Below the pieces are notes generated by a model. The model had not been told where the DNA came from, did no database searches, and was given only the letters and a program-made list of their open reading frames with translations. Shown piece after piece: positions 39,304-49,074 of a stretch of 64,000 nt of DNA (its first letter is position 1; each line of letters starts with the position of its first letter). Both the position numbers and the translations under genes were made by a program. This DNA comes from Segatella copri (lineage in GTDB: Bacteria; Bacteroidota; Bacteroidia; Bacteroidales; Bacteroidaceae). Where the stretch lies: NCBI GenBank assembly GCA_021628325.1, contig JAJXAL010000006.1, positions 37-64,036 on the forward strand, written 5' to 3'.

Positions 39304-39972
39304 TTAGGGTGCAATAGCCCGCCATAGATTATCATCCGGCAGCGGAGCCTCTGCTACGATTGTTTCTTTAGACACAGGATGAACAAATTCTACTCTGTGT
39401 GAAAGGAGAGAAATACTGCCATCTGCATTGCTACGTGGAGAACCGTATTTCAGATCTCCCTTGATAGGACATCCCATCTTGGCAAGCTGGCATCTTATCT
39501 GATGATGACGACCCGTCATCAAGTTCACCTCCAGAAGTGTATAATGGTCTGTATGACCTATCACCTTATACTTTAATATCGCTTTCTTCGAGTTTTTCAC
39601 CTCATGGTCGTAAGCATAGCTCTTATTCTGCTTTTCATTTCTTACTATCCAATGGGTGAGCGTAGCCTCAGGTTCCTTTGGCATGTTCTTCACGATTGCC
39701 CAATAGGTTTTGTGAACTTCGCCATCCCGGAACATATTGTTCAGACGGCTCAATGCCTTAGAAGTCTTGGCAAATACGACCAAACCCGAAACAGGACGGT
39801 CAAGGCGATGCACCACACCGAGGAATACATTTCCCGGCTTGTGATACTTCTCCTTGATGTACTGTTTCACAGTCTCCGAGAGAGGTTCGTCGCCGGTCTT
39901 GTCGCCCTGCACGATTTCGCCACTTCTCTTAGAGACTATGATTATATGGTTGTCTTCGTAAACTACCTGCAT
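39304..39972 (-). CDS. RluA-family pseudouridine synthase
   Basis: VHRLDRPVSG, TGRHHQIR, GDLKYG. Confidence 0.93.
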   Translation of the reverse strand: MQVVYEDNHIIIVSKRSGEIVQGDKTGDEPLSETVKQYIKEKYHKPGNVFLGVVHRLDRPVSGLVVFAKTSKALSRLNNMFRDGEVHKTYWAIVKNMPKEPEATLTHWIVRNEKQNKSYAYDHEVKNSKKAILKYKVIGHTDHYTLLEVNLMTGRHHQIRCQLAKMGCPIKGDLKYGSPRSNADGSISLLSHRVEFVHPVSKETIVAEAPLPDDNLWRAIAP

Positions 39973-40001
39973 GTTTTATCAATAAAACGATTGCCGAGAG
40001 A

Positions 40002-40760
40002 TTACATGTTCATACCACCGTCGATCTGAATAACCTGACCGCTAACATAGCTAGACAAGTCGGAAGCGAGGAAGAGGCAAACATTTGCGATATCCTCAGT
40101 CTGACCACCACGACGCAATGGAATCTTCTTCATCCAGTCCTTGCGGATTTCCTCAGGCAACTGTGCAGTCATTGCAGTCTCGATGAAACCAGGAGCTACC
40201 GCATTAGCGCGTACGCCCTTAGGACCCAACTCCTGAGCGATAGACTTAGCCAAAGCAATCATACCAGCCTTAGAAGCTGCATAGTTGCACTGACCTGCAT
40301 TACCATGAACACCTACTACAGAAGCCATGTTGATGATAGAACCACCACGCTGACGAAGCATGATTGGAGAGCAAGCATGAATGAAGTTGAAGGCTGACTT
40401 CAAGTTTACATTCAAAACAGCATCCCACTGAGCCTCGCTCATACGGAGCATCAAACCGTCTTTGGTGATACCTGCATTGTTAACCAGAATATCGATAGAA
40501 CCGAAGTCCTCATGAATCTGCTTAACTGTCTTCTGTGTCTCCTCGAAATCTGCTGCATTACCAGCATAAGCACGACAGGTTACACCAAGAGCCTCAATCT
40601 CCTTACGAGTAGCTTCCAAACCGGCAGCCATATCGTCGTTGAGTACGAGGTCTGTAAATGCGATGTTAGCGCCCTCAGAGGCGAACTTCATAGCGACAGC
40701 CTTACCGATGCCGCGAGCAGCACCTGTTACAAGGGCTGTTTTACCACTTAATAATCCCAT
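40002..40760 (-). CDS. fabG: 3-oxoacyl-ACP reductase
   Basis: TGAARGIG, NNAGITKDGL, YAASKAG. Confidence 0.93.
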   Translation of the reverse strand: MGLLSGKTALVTGAARGIGKAVAMKFASEGANIAFTDLVLNDDMAAGLEATRKEIEALGVTCRAYAGNAADFEETQKTVKQIHEDFGSIDILVNNAGITKDGLMLRMSEAQWDAVLNVNLKSAFNFIHACSPIMLRQRGGSIINMASVVGVHGNAGQCNYAASKAGMIALAKSIAQELGPKGVRANAVAPGFIETAMTAQLPEEIRKDWMKKIPLRRGGQTEDIANVCLFLASDLSSYVSGQVIQIDGGMNM

Positions 40761-40812
40761 TTCTTTCTTATTTAATTAATTATCAATTAGTTACGTATTT
40801 ACAATCTTTTAT

Positions 40813-41409
40813 TTAGAGTTTCAAGCCCGACTTTCCCAAGGCACCATAAACCACCTTGGCAACCAGAGGTTTGCTCGACTCCACATTCATGCCATGGCCC
40901 AAACGTCCATAGATAAATGGAACCTCGAGACCTTTGATACAATAGTGAGTAATATCGGCCACCAGATCGATGTTATCAATATCAAACTCACCATCTTCTC
41001 TTCCTTCGGCATAAATTCTTCTGAGAATCTCTATTTCGTCTTCATCGAAGTTTTTTCTCGCCTTCTCAACCATCCAGATGTTTCGGAAGAACTCAGCACG
41101 GAGGTTACCGTTTCTTACAACCGTTTCCTTAATCATACTGAGGTGAGTATAGATAAGCTCGATGATTTTATCCTGTGGACGCATCTTGCAATTAGCAACC
41201 TCGTCCAACTTGTCCGAAAGACGCTCCAACTCAGATTCTATCACCGCGTAATAGACATCCTCCTTCCTACTGAAATAAGTATAAAGCGTACGTCTTCCCT
41301 TACCAGAAGCTACAGCAATATCATTCATTGTAGTATTTGCTATACCATTCTTGGCAAAGAGTTGTCGTGCGACATCTACCAGTTTTTGTCTTGTTTTGGA
41401 TACTGACAT
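40813..41409 (-). CDS. TetR/AcrR-family regulator
   Basis: ARQLFAKNG..TTMNDIA..SGKGRRTLYTYF. Confidence 0.92.
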   Translation of the reverse strand: MSVSKTRQKLVDVARQLFAKNGIANTTMNDIAVASGKGRRTLYTYFSRKEDVYYAVIESELERLSDKLDEVANCKMRPQDKIIELIYTHLSMIKETVVRNGNLRAEFFRNIWMVEKARKNFDEDEIEILRRIYAEGREDGEFDIDNIDLVADITHYCIKGLEVPFIYGRLGHGMNVESSKPLVAKVVYGALGKSGLKL

Positions 41410-41520
41410 ATTGAAGCCCTTCCTTTTTTTATTAATTGCACATAAAAATATTATTGTGCAAAAGTAGCACTTTAATTCGAATTAAACAAATATTTAATGT
41501 TAAATTAATAAATTAGGGCA

Positions 41521-41566
41521 CAAAAAAATCGGATAAGATGTTGTTGAAACCAACTTCTTACCCGAT
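41521..41566 (-). terminator. Intrinsic terminator downstream of tRNA 3' remnant
   Basis: Minus strand ATCGGGTAAGAAGTTG..CAACATCTTATCCGAT-TTTTTT. Confidence 0.7.
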
Positions 41567-41569
41567 CAT

Positions 41570-41587
41570 TGTTGCGGCGGCAGGACT
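41570..41587 (-). other. Prophage attachment site: duplicated tRNA 3' end (initiator tRNA-Met-like)
   Basis: Minus strand AGTCCTGCCGCCGCAACA = end of T loop, T stem, acceptor strand; rest of tRNA absent. Confidence 0.65.
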
Positions 41588-41726
41588 GATGACAAGCCTA
41601 CTACCGCCGGATAAGATTTTAGATGCCCAATATCATAACCAACACATTAATAATATGATATACCTTATTATATATAGGGGAGAAAAGAACTAAAAAAAAT
41701 CAGTAAGCACTAATTTTCGTTTGAAT

Positions 41727-42104
41727 TTAGTCCTTTTTATCCTTACTTTCGAGAAGTTTTATATAATTCTCCAATGTATTGATGCGTTTATCCTTTTCCT
41801 GGATTAACTCTTTGAGATACTGGGTCTCCATTTTACTATTGTTAATCCTAACATTCGAGAGAACATTATTAGAACCAATGACTTCTCCCGTCTTTTTCGT
41901 GGCCCACTCGGGAGTGGTAAAGAAGTCATCCATCGAGCACTTGAGTACATCACGCATACGCTCAAGGGTATTGCAAGTGACACTCGTTGCCGTTTCAACA
42001 TGATACAAGCCAGTTGATTTTCCCTGAAAAACCTGTTCTTCGAACTGTTTCTTGGTTAAACCAGCTTCTGCTATTAACTTTCTGAGTACCTGACCGTTAT
42101 ACAT
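41727..42104 (-). CDS. Phage repressor-like XRE HTH protein
   Basis: LRKLIAEAGLTK..TLERMRDVLKCSMDDFF plus C-terminal coiled coil; divergent from early operon. Confidence 0.75.
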   Translation of the reverse strand: MYNGQVLRKLIAEAGLTKKQFEEQVFQGKSTGLYHVETATSVTCNTLERMRDVLKCSMDDFFTTPEWATKKTGEVIGSNNVLSNVRINNSKMETQYLKELIQEKDKRINTLENYIKLLESKDKKD

Positions 42105-42132
42105 AACAACACAATTTAATTAATAATATTTA

Positions 42133-42197
42133 ACTAATATCTATTAGTATTTTTACTAAAAGATATTAGTGTTTTCTAATTTTTATTCGTAACTTTG
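42133..42197. promoter_or_regulatory. Two 16-bp palindromic operators plus early promoter
   Basis: ACTAATATCTATTAGT 42133-42148, ACTAAAAGATATTAGT 42155-42170, TAACTTTG 42190-42197. Confidence 0.7.
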
Positions 42198-42225
42198 CAA
42201 CAAAGTTAATAATAATATTTGAAAT

Positions 42226-42444
42226 ATGAAAGAAAATATGCAAAAAAGTGATGAAAAAAATTCATTGCGCGACTGGTACAACGAGATTCCTCGTAACAAG
42301 CGCAACAAGTTCATTTTGGCTCTGCAGCTGAAATTCGGCATGTCGGCATCAGGCATCTACGACAAGATCAAGAAGAACAACTGGTTGCCATACCAGCGTG
42401 AGATGGTAGAAGAGGTTATCAACGAGGGTAAATGGGAGAAGTAA
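42226..42444 (+). CDS. Cro-like small DNA-binding protein
   Basis: 72 aa, HTH-like FGMSASGIYDKIK, divergent from repressor. Confidence 0.6.
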   Translation: MKENMQKSDEKNSLRDWYNEIPRNKRNKFILALQLKFGMSASGIYDKIKKNNWLPYQREMVEEVINEGKWEK

Positions 42445-42651
42445 ATGGGAAAGATGACTATCAAGTGCAACAGCGAACAGCTGAAGTACATCCAGAAGGA
42501 CTTCGAGGACGCTAGCGTTCCGGTCGATATGTCGTACGGACCTTTCCATAAAGGCAAATCTGAGGTTAATCTTTTCTACGATGACGCTGAAGACGGAATT
42601 GTAGAAGGAATTGTTAAATATAGAATGAGAAACAATGAAAAGAAAGGTTAA
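42445..42651 (+). CDS. Hypothetical phage protein
   Basis: Abuts upstream stop; part of early operon. Confidence 0.6.
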   Translation: MGKMTIKCNSEQLKYIQKDFEDASVPVDMSYGPFHKGKSEVNLFYDDAEDGIVEGIVKYRMRNNEKKG

Positions 42652-42940
42652 AACTATGTCTATAGAGGATGCCATCAAGGAAAAATTCCCTGATGCTACT
42701 ATATATGAAGTTAGAAACGACCGTTTTGGCAAATGTGTATTAGGTGTAGTTTCCACCAAAGATGGGAAAGATCATATTGTCGAATGGGATAAAAGCGGGA
42801 ATGCTTCCGAATGTGAGGTAGGCGGTAGAGACTTCCGGGAAATCAGATGGAACGAAGAGGAGCAGCGACCAGAATACATCCACACCAAGCTACTTCTCCA
42901 CGACGATAGATTTAACGTACAAGTAGATGCCTCCAAGTAA
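42635..42940 (+). CDS. Hypothetical phage protein
   Basis: Overlapping operon packing. Confidence 0.6.
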   Translation: MKRKVKTMSIEDAIKEKFPDATIYEVRNDRFGKCVLGVVSTKDGKDHIVEWDKSGNASECEVGGRDFREIRWNEEEQRPEYIHTKLLLHDDRFNVQVDASK

Positions 42941-43094
42941 ATGTCTAAGCTGCCCAATAGGGGTGAACTGTATCAACGGAAGATACTGCCCCCTATTTCG
43001 CAGATATATAGAGCATAGCTCTGAACCACTCGGATGTACACCTGAAAAAATAAACGAATATGAAAGCAATAATGACACTGGAATCAGGGTATAA
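42927..43094 (+). CDS. Small Cys-rich phage protein, 55 aa (absent from ORF track)
   Basis: MPPSKCLSCPIGVNCINGRYCPLFRRYIEH..C; overlaps both neighbours. Confidence 0.55.
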   Translation: MPPSKCLSCPIGVNCINGRYCPLFRRYIEHSSEPLGCTPEKINEYESNNDTGIRV

Positions 43095-43239
43095 GGCTAT
43101 CATAGATTTCCTTACCCCCCCACTACGTAAAAGATTCGAGACACAAGCGGAATTCGAAAGCCGCATTCTCTCAGAAATCAACCTATCTCAGCCAAATGCT
43201 GTCAACAAAGCCGTAAAGCTACATATCCTAAGGCATTAA
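43060..43239 (+). CDS. Hypothetical phage protein, 59 aa (absent from ORF track)
   Basis: MKAIMTLESGYKAIIDFLTPP..VKLHILRH fills gap before primase. Confidence 0.55.
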   Translation: MKAIMTLESGYKAIIDFLTPPLRKRFETQAEFESRILSEINLSQPNAVNKAVKLHILRH

Positions 43240-43315
43240 GGCTATCGGCAGCAAGTATTTTGTTTTGAGCCTGCAAACATTTATCTTTGCAGGCAGTTTT
43301 TAAAGGAAAAGAAAT

Positions 43316-46246
43316 ATGATCAAAGCAGAACAGATTTACCAGGCAACCGATGACGGACTGGACATAATCATCGCATTATACCCGGACGCCAAAGAATGCG
43401 TGCAGAAATACTGCACAGGAACGCCCAAGAAGCACTTTGCCATCCGAAAGGAGAATACCCCATCGTGTTCCCTGAAGAAGTACAAGGAATGCTGGAGAGT
43501 AACAGACTTTGGAGGCGAAGGAAATGCAGAATCTCCTATCGATCTCTATATGAAGGAGAAGAATATCGACCGTTTCCCTGATGCCATCCTTCGCCTGGCA
43601 GCAGAGTATAACGTTACCGATGAGCTCAAGAAGGATGTAAACAAGCCTACTTTTGCAGAACGTGATGCCACCATCGATGAGAAAGATGGTACCCGCATCT
43701 TTGAACTCAATGATAAATTCACGGAAGATGAACTGAAGGTTCTTGGCCCAAACGTGAAGCAGGAACATGTGGATGCACTAAACTGGCATTCAGCCAAATG
43801 GATTGGATATGTCAAAGACCGCAAGGTCAAGATCAAATACAGCAATGAGCACTACCCTATCTTCATGCGTGAGTGCCTGGTTTCTCCAGCTGAAGGAGAG
43901 AAACCGGAAGTAAAATTCTACAAGATATACGAACCGCTCAACTTCAGCAAACAGTGGAGATTCTCATATACTCCTGATGGTGTCAAGCCTAAGAAGTACA
44001 TCAATGGTCTGGCTGAGCTCAAGAAAGCATACCATGAGTTCAACGCCAAGGAGATGGCTGAATTCAACAAGACCAACGTCGATGAATCGAAGGTCTATAA
44101 AGAACAGAAACTTCCTGAAGCATTCATCTGCAGCGGCGAACGAGATAGCCTCTGCTGCAAGTCTCTCGGTTATCACCCTCTATGGTTCAACTCTGAGACC
44201 TATAAGCTCAGCGAGGAGGAATACAGAGAAATCATGAAGTATGTGGAAGTACTCTATAATATACCGGACATCGACGAGACCGGTATCTCCAAGGGAACGG
44301 AACTTGCCCTGCGCTACATTGACATACATACAATCTGGCTGCCACAATGGCTCAGGACCTACCACGACAACCGAGGAAAAGGCCGCAAGGATCTCCGTGA
44401 CTGGATGGAGCTGCGCAATACCCGCAAGGACTTCCGCAACCTGATGACGCTGGCCATGCCTGCCCGTTTCTGGGTGAGCAAGCTCAACAAGAAGTCCAAC
44501 ACCTGGGACCACTACATCGATACTGCGTGCCTCTACAATTTCCTTCGCCTTAACGGTTTCTACACGCTCCACGACGAGAACTCCACCATCACGAAGTATG
44601 TAAGAATCACCGGTAACATCGTGAAGCTCATCACCACAAGAGATATCCGTGAGTTCTGCCGACAATGGGTCATCGACAGAGCAGAAAAGCGAGATATTCT
44701 CAACCTGGTATTGAATACCCCGAAGCTCTCCAGCGCTGCGCTCGATTCACTCCAGGAAATAACGCTTGACTTCACCAACTACACCAATCATTCACAGCTG
44801 TTCTTCTTCCCTCGTGTCAGCATAGAGGTAACCAAGGATGGTCTGATTGAGTATCAGCGTGAAGGAAGCTCGCTCAAGAACTACGTATGGCAGGAGAACG
44901 TCATCGATCATAACTTCAAGAAGCTCGATGATATGTTCACCATCACGCGCACCATCGATGAGGATGGCAGACCGAAGTTTGATATCGAGGTCAAGAACGT
45001 GAGTTCTCACTTCTTTGGCTATCTGATCAACGCCTCACGCACCTACTGGCGCAAGGAACTGGAATACAACTTCGAGGAGAGAAGCGTTGATGAGAAAGAA
45101 GCATATCATAAGGCTCACCTATTCGATATCGCAGGTGAAGGCCTGACCGATGTCGAGATTGCCGAACAGAAACAGAACCTCATCAACAAGATATTCACAT
45201 TCGGGTATATGCTTCATCATTACAAGTCTCCTTCACGAGCATGGGCGCCTATGGCCATGGACAACAAAATCGGCGAAGACAACGAATGCAACGGCCGTTC
45301 GGGTAAGAGTTTCTTCTTCAAGACACTCTCTTTGCTGATGAAGACCGTTAAGCTGTCCGGTAGAAATCCGAAGCTGATGGACAACCCTCATGTCTTCGAC
45401 CAGGTAACCCAGCACACCCAGATGCTGCTGCTCGATGACTGTGACCGGTATCTCAACACAGGACTCTTCTATGATAATATTACTTCAGATATGACTGTAA
45501 ACCCAAAGAACAACCAGAGCTTCACTATACCTTTCGAGGATAGCCCGAAAATTGCCTTCACTACTAATTATGTGCCGGCAGATTTCGATCCGTCTTCAGA
45601 GGCGAGATTGCTGTATATGGTGTTCTCAGACTATTATCATCAGCGCACGGAGGATAATGACTACCAGGAGACCAGAAGCATCAGAGATGACTTCGACAAG
45701 GATCTGTTTTCCAAGACCTATTCTGAGGCCGAATGGAACGCAGATATCAACTTCTTCCTGCAATGCTGCCGCTTCTACATATCTCTCGTGGGAGAACCCG
45801 TAAAGATACTGCCACCTATGGAGAATATCGTTAAGCGCAAGTTTAAAGCTGATATGGGTGTAAACTTCGAGGATTGGGCCAGTTCTTATTTCTCTGAGGA
45901 GAGTGGAAGACTCGACGAGTTTGTCGTAAGAGAAAAGGCATTTACAGACTTCAAACAGTTCTCTGGCCTTAACAAAGCAACGACACAGAGCTTTACCAAG
46001 AAGCTGAAGGCATTTGTGGAGCTATGCCCATACATTGAAGCCCTGAACCCGGATGACCTCTGTAACAGCCAGCATCGCATTATCAGAAGAGATCCAGCGC
46101 ATCCTGATGGAAGCCCGGTTGAGATGATTTATCTCAGAAGCAAGAAGAGTGATTCTCCAAAAGAAGAAACTCAAGCAAAAAAGGGTGATTATCAATCGAC
46201 AATCGACTGGAGCAAGATAGATACTAATAGTAACGAACCTTTCTAA
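43316..46246 (+). CDS. Phage primase-helicase
   Basis: Toprim-like CSGERD and PDIDETG; Walker A GRSGKS, Walker B LLLDD, FTTN. Confidence 0.88.
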   Translation: MIKAEQIYQATDDGLDIIIALYPDAKECVQKYCTGTPKKHFAIRKENTPSCSLKKYKECWRVTDFGGEGNAESPIDLYMKEKNIDRFPDAILRLAAEYNVTDELKKDVNKPTFAERDATIDEKDGTRIFELNDKFTEDELKVLGPNVKQEHVDALNWHSAKWIGYVKDRKVKIKYSNEHYPIFMRECLVSPAEGEKPEVKFYKIYEPLNFSKQWRFSYTPDGVKPKKYINGLAELKKAYHEFNAKEMAEFNKTNVDESKVYKEQKLPEAFICSGERDSLCCKSLGYHPLWFNSETYKLSEEEYREIMKYVEVLYNIPDIDETGISKGTELALRYIDIHTIWLPQWLRTYHDNRGKGRKDLRDWMELRNTRKDFRNLMTLAMPARFWVSKLNKKSNTWDHYIDTACLYNFLRLNGFYTLHDENSTITKYVRITGNIVKLITTRDIREFCRQWVIDRAEKRDILNLVLNTPKLSSAALDSLQEITLDFTNYTNHSQLFFFPRVSIEVTKDGLIEYQREGSSLKNYVWQENVIDHNFKKLDDMFTITRTIDEDGRPKFDIEVKNVSSHFFGYLINASRTYWRKELEYNFEERSVDEKEAYHKAHLFDIAGEGLTDVEIAEQKQNLINKIFTFGYMLHHYKSPSRAWAPMAMDNKIGEDNECNGRSGKSFFFKTLSLLMKTVKLSGRNPKLMDNPHVFDQVTQHTQMLLLDDCDRYLNTGLFYDNITSDMTVNPKNNQSFTIPFEDSPKIAFTTNYVPADFDPSSEARLLYMVFSDYYHQRTEDNDYQETRSIRDDFDKDLFSKTYSEAEWNADINFFLQCCRFYISLVGEPVKILPPMENIVKRKFKADMGVNFEDWASSYFSEESGRLDEFVVREKAFTDFKQFSGLNKATTQSFTKKLKAFVELCPYIEALNPDDLCNSQHRIIRRDPAHPDGSPVEMIYLRSKKSDSPKEETQAKKGDYQSTIDWSKIDTNSNEPF

Positions 46247-46515
46247 CCCCCTACATATATAATAGGGTATATAGCCCCAAGTTATAGTGCAAAGGTACAA
46301 AAAATATCTGAATTATGCAAATATTTTCGGCAAAATTTTCAAGCGAAATTCGCTGATTTTTATATTTCTTTTCTCATGTTACGAGGGAGTGATGAGCATC
46401 TGTTCATCGCTCCCTTTTTCGTCTTCACCAGGTATGACCAGCCCTGCCCGACAGGCTCATTTTAGCCCTTTTCCCCCGCCTACCGTTGTTTTCCCCACTC
46501 CCCTTTCTTATTTAT

Positions 46516-46810
46516 TATACAAATCTTTTGTAACTCTGTAACAGAATGTTGGTAAGAAGGTATAAATAACTAGAAAAGAGGGGGTTAAATCCAATTTTGG
46601 ACGTTTACAAAGTTGCGTTACAACTTAGTTACAAACTTTTAGGAGTTTGTAACAAACCATTTTTGTATCAGCGGCTTACTTCTTCATATAGGTTATGTTA
46701 CAACTTTGTTTTGGCCCACTTTTTTGTATCTGAAAAATGTATCAAGAAAATAACGCTGATTATCAGAGAGTTATAAAGCCAAAGTTACACGATACAAAAA
46801 TACAAACTTT
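46516..46810. repeat. (G/T)TTACAA / GATACA iteron-like cluster, candidate phage origin
   Basis: Many GTTACA/TGTAAC and TGTATC/GATACA copies in both orientations just after the primase-helicase. Confidence 0.6.
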
Positions 46811-46838
46811 TCGGACGAAATTACATCACATCAAATTT

Positions 46839-46900
46839 GCTAAGAAATATTAGCTTTTTACTAATAATTATTAGTTATCTCAATTTTTATTTGTATCTTT
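46839..46900. promoter_or_regulatory. Second operator pair plus promoter
   Basis: GCTAAGAAATATTAGC 46839-46854, ACTAATAATTATTAGT 46860-46875, TATCTTTG 46893-46900. Confidence 0.65.
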
Positions 46901-46915
46901 GCCGAAAAATGGCAT

Positions 46916-47500
46916 ATGAATAGAGTAGTTTACATCAAGGTGCCTGCTCATATCAGGCAATGGGCATACCACAGTTATGGAAATCCAATTATTTTCCCTA
47001 TCATCGGCAACGAGGTTGCCGTCATACGTCGGTTCACAAGTAAACCGCCTCAGGCTAGAATGTCGCCAGAAGAACAGGAGAGCCAGGAAGAGATGGAGAA
47101 GGCGGATGCCGCCTCACTGCACCAGAGCGTGACGAATACCTTCAAAGATGAGGAGTACGAACAGAGCCGATGGCTCATTCACCCTAATGAGTATATCGCC
47201 ATCTCGCTTCCGGAATCCAAGGCAAAGCCAATACGTGAGTACAACTACCTGGGCCCACGTGCCAGAAGAGCCGTGAAGGAGATGATCACCGACCTTTTCA
47301 AGATAGACCTCTGGGCATCCCTGAAGGACATCGCTGACCGCTCATGCAAGCTTTCATCACTCATTTCAGCCTGGTGCGAGCAACATGGCATTGGCATTGA
47401 TTATGAGGATACCGTGCGCCAATGCTTCTACAGAATGCGCGATCAGCACGCAAAAAAGGGCATAAATTTAAACTCTACAACAAGATTTCATAAAGATTAA
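46916..47500 (+). CDS. Hypothetical phage protein, possible late-gene regulator
   Basis: N-terminal VYIKVPAHIRQW and C-terminal HTH-like WCEQHGI..EDTVRQCFYRMR; between replication and head genes. Confidence 0.6.
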   Translation: MNRVVYIKVPAHIRQWAYHSYGNPIIFPIIGNEVAVIRRFTSKPPQARMSPEEQESQEEMEKADAASLHQSVTNTFKDEEYEQSRWLIHPNEYIAISLPESKAKPIREYNYLGPRARRAVKEMITDLFKIDLWASLKDIADRSCKLSSLISAWCEQHGIGIDYEDTVRQCFYRMRDQHAKKGINLNSTTRFHKD

Positions 47501-47574
47501 TACAATTTTTTCCGTTTCGGCGAACAACTCCGAACAGAATGAAAATAATCGAAATAACCAAACAACTTAGAAAT

Positions 47575-47988
47575 ATGGCATACATCAAAAACATCATCAA
47601 GATTGAGATGACAGAGGCAGAAAACCTCAAAAGTGTCGTCTTCCCTATGGATCAGAGATGCATTGTACCGTCGGCTGCTAACTTCTGGTCAATTCAATGC
47701 AAAGTTCCGTCAAGTTGTGAGATTTCCGACAAAGTAGAGTCAAAAGTCCGCATTTTCACCTCCAAGCTCACCTTCAAGTCGTGCGAGCAGATAGATCCGA
47801 ACTACCGACCTCTAGCCTTCAGAATCACCACGGCAGATGGCATTCGCTACCTTATGGGCTGCGACCGCCGACCATATCCGGTACTCACCCGTACCGAAAA
47901 CCTGCCAAGTTCACATACGGAATCTTCCCTGATTACCTATACAGCGACTTGGACAGACGTCATCAGACCGCTCCAAATCATAGAATAA
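47575..47988 (+). CDS. Hypothetical phage protein
   Basis: ORF upstream of head protease; start placed at MAYIKN. Confidence 0.6.
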   Translation: MAYIKNIIKIEMTEAENLKSVVFPMDQRCIVPSAANFWSIQCKVPSSCEISDKVESKVRIFTSKLTFKSCEQIDPNYRPLAFRITTADGIRYLMGCDRRPYPVLTRTENLPSSHTESSLITYTATWTDVIRPLQIIE

Positions 47989-48047
47989 GTTTTTTTATTT
48001 CTTCTCCTTATTATATAACTTTGCGGCAATCAAATTCGCTAAGTTGT

Positions 48048-49073
48048 ATGAAATATCAAATATCTATCACCGGTTATATAGGGTCGTGGACCAAGTTTAT
48101 GGTCCGCGATATCCTTAATAACAACAAAGGCAAGCACGTCGATGTAGCCATCGATTCGCCGGGCGGTGCGGTTTCCGCAGGTCTCGCCATCTGTCAGATG
48201 TTCAAGGACCATGGCGATGTGACGGTTGACTTTCAGGCGGGCTTCTCTGCATCTGCCGCCACCATCTGTGCGATGGGCGCCAAGAAGATCCGAATGAACA
48301 AGTACAGTTTGCTCCTGGTTCATAAGTGTTCCACGGAGCAGTTTGTATGGAGCGCCCTCAATGAGGAAGAAATCGGTTCCCTCATCGAGCAGCTGCAGAA
48401 GCAGCAGGAAGACCAGCAGAAGATAGACAATATCATTGCCAATGTTTACTGCGATCGCTCGGGAAAGAAGCACGAGGATATCATCAAGGTGATGTCTGAA
48501 GCCAAATGGCATACCGTGGATGAGTGCATCGATCTCGGTTTAGTGGATGAGTCGATGGATGGCAAGCCGGCTGAAATCACGGAGTCAACACAGAACTTCA
48601 TCAAGTACAACAATCTTCCAGCATTGCCAGAGGTCGTCAATTCCTGGTATGAGAAGAAGCCGGGCTTCCTGGAACGAATCTTCGGAAAGGAAAACTCACA
48701 CAAAAATGTTTTAGATATGATTAAGAAATGGACTCACATCAACAATGTTCTCAACGTAGAGGGCATTGAGGCAGAAGAATCAGCCAAGGACTGCACCATC
48801 TCCCAGGAGCAGATGCAGAAGCTGGAGGATAAGATTGCTGCCGACTCCAGCTCGATCAAGACCAAGGACGAGGAACTCGATAAGGTCAAGAACGAGAAGA
48901 AGGAACTGGAGGATAAGGTCAAGAACCTGGAGAAGGATAAGAAAGACCTTGAAGAGAAAGTAAGGGATCTGGAGAAAGAACCGGGTGGCGAAACCCACAC
49001 TGCCGTAGATGACAACAAGGCTCAGGACTTCTGCTCAGATCAAGTATCGGACGTTTTAATTGATTTTGCATAA
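48048..49073 (+). CDS. ClpP-type prohead protease with scaffold-like coiled-coil tail
   Basis: IDSPGG.V..G, SASAAT, LLVH; start at MKYQIS after TAACTTTG box. Confidence 0.88.
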   Translation: MKYQISITGYIGSWTKFMVRDILNNNKGKHVDVAIDSPGGAVSAGLAICQMFKDHGDVTVDFQAGFSASAATICAMGAKKIRMNKYSLLLVHKCSTEQFVWSALNEEEIGSLIEQLQKQQEDQQKIDNIIANVYCDRSGKKHEDIIKVMSEAKWHTVDECIDLGLVDESMDGKPAEITESTQNFIKYNNLPALPEVVNSWYEKKPGFLERIFGKENSHKNVLDMIKKWTHINNVLNVEGIEAEESAKDCTISQEQMQKLEDKIAADSSSIKTKDEELDKVKNEKKELEDKVKNLEKDKKDLEEKVRDLEKEPGGETHTAVDDNKAQDFCSDQVSDVLIDFA

Positions 49074-49074
49074 T

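Noticed and set aside
41570..41650. Complete tRNA gene
   Set aside because: Only the last 18 nt are tRNA-like; no anticodon or D arm
47781..48047. N-terminal extension of the Clp protease in the ORF track
   Set aside because: Overlaps the upstream gene; promoter box and A/T-rich leader favour the 48048 start
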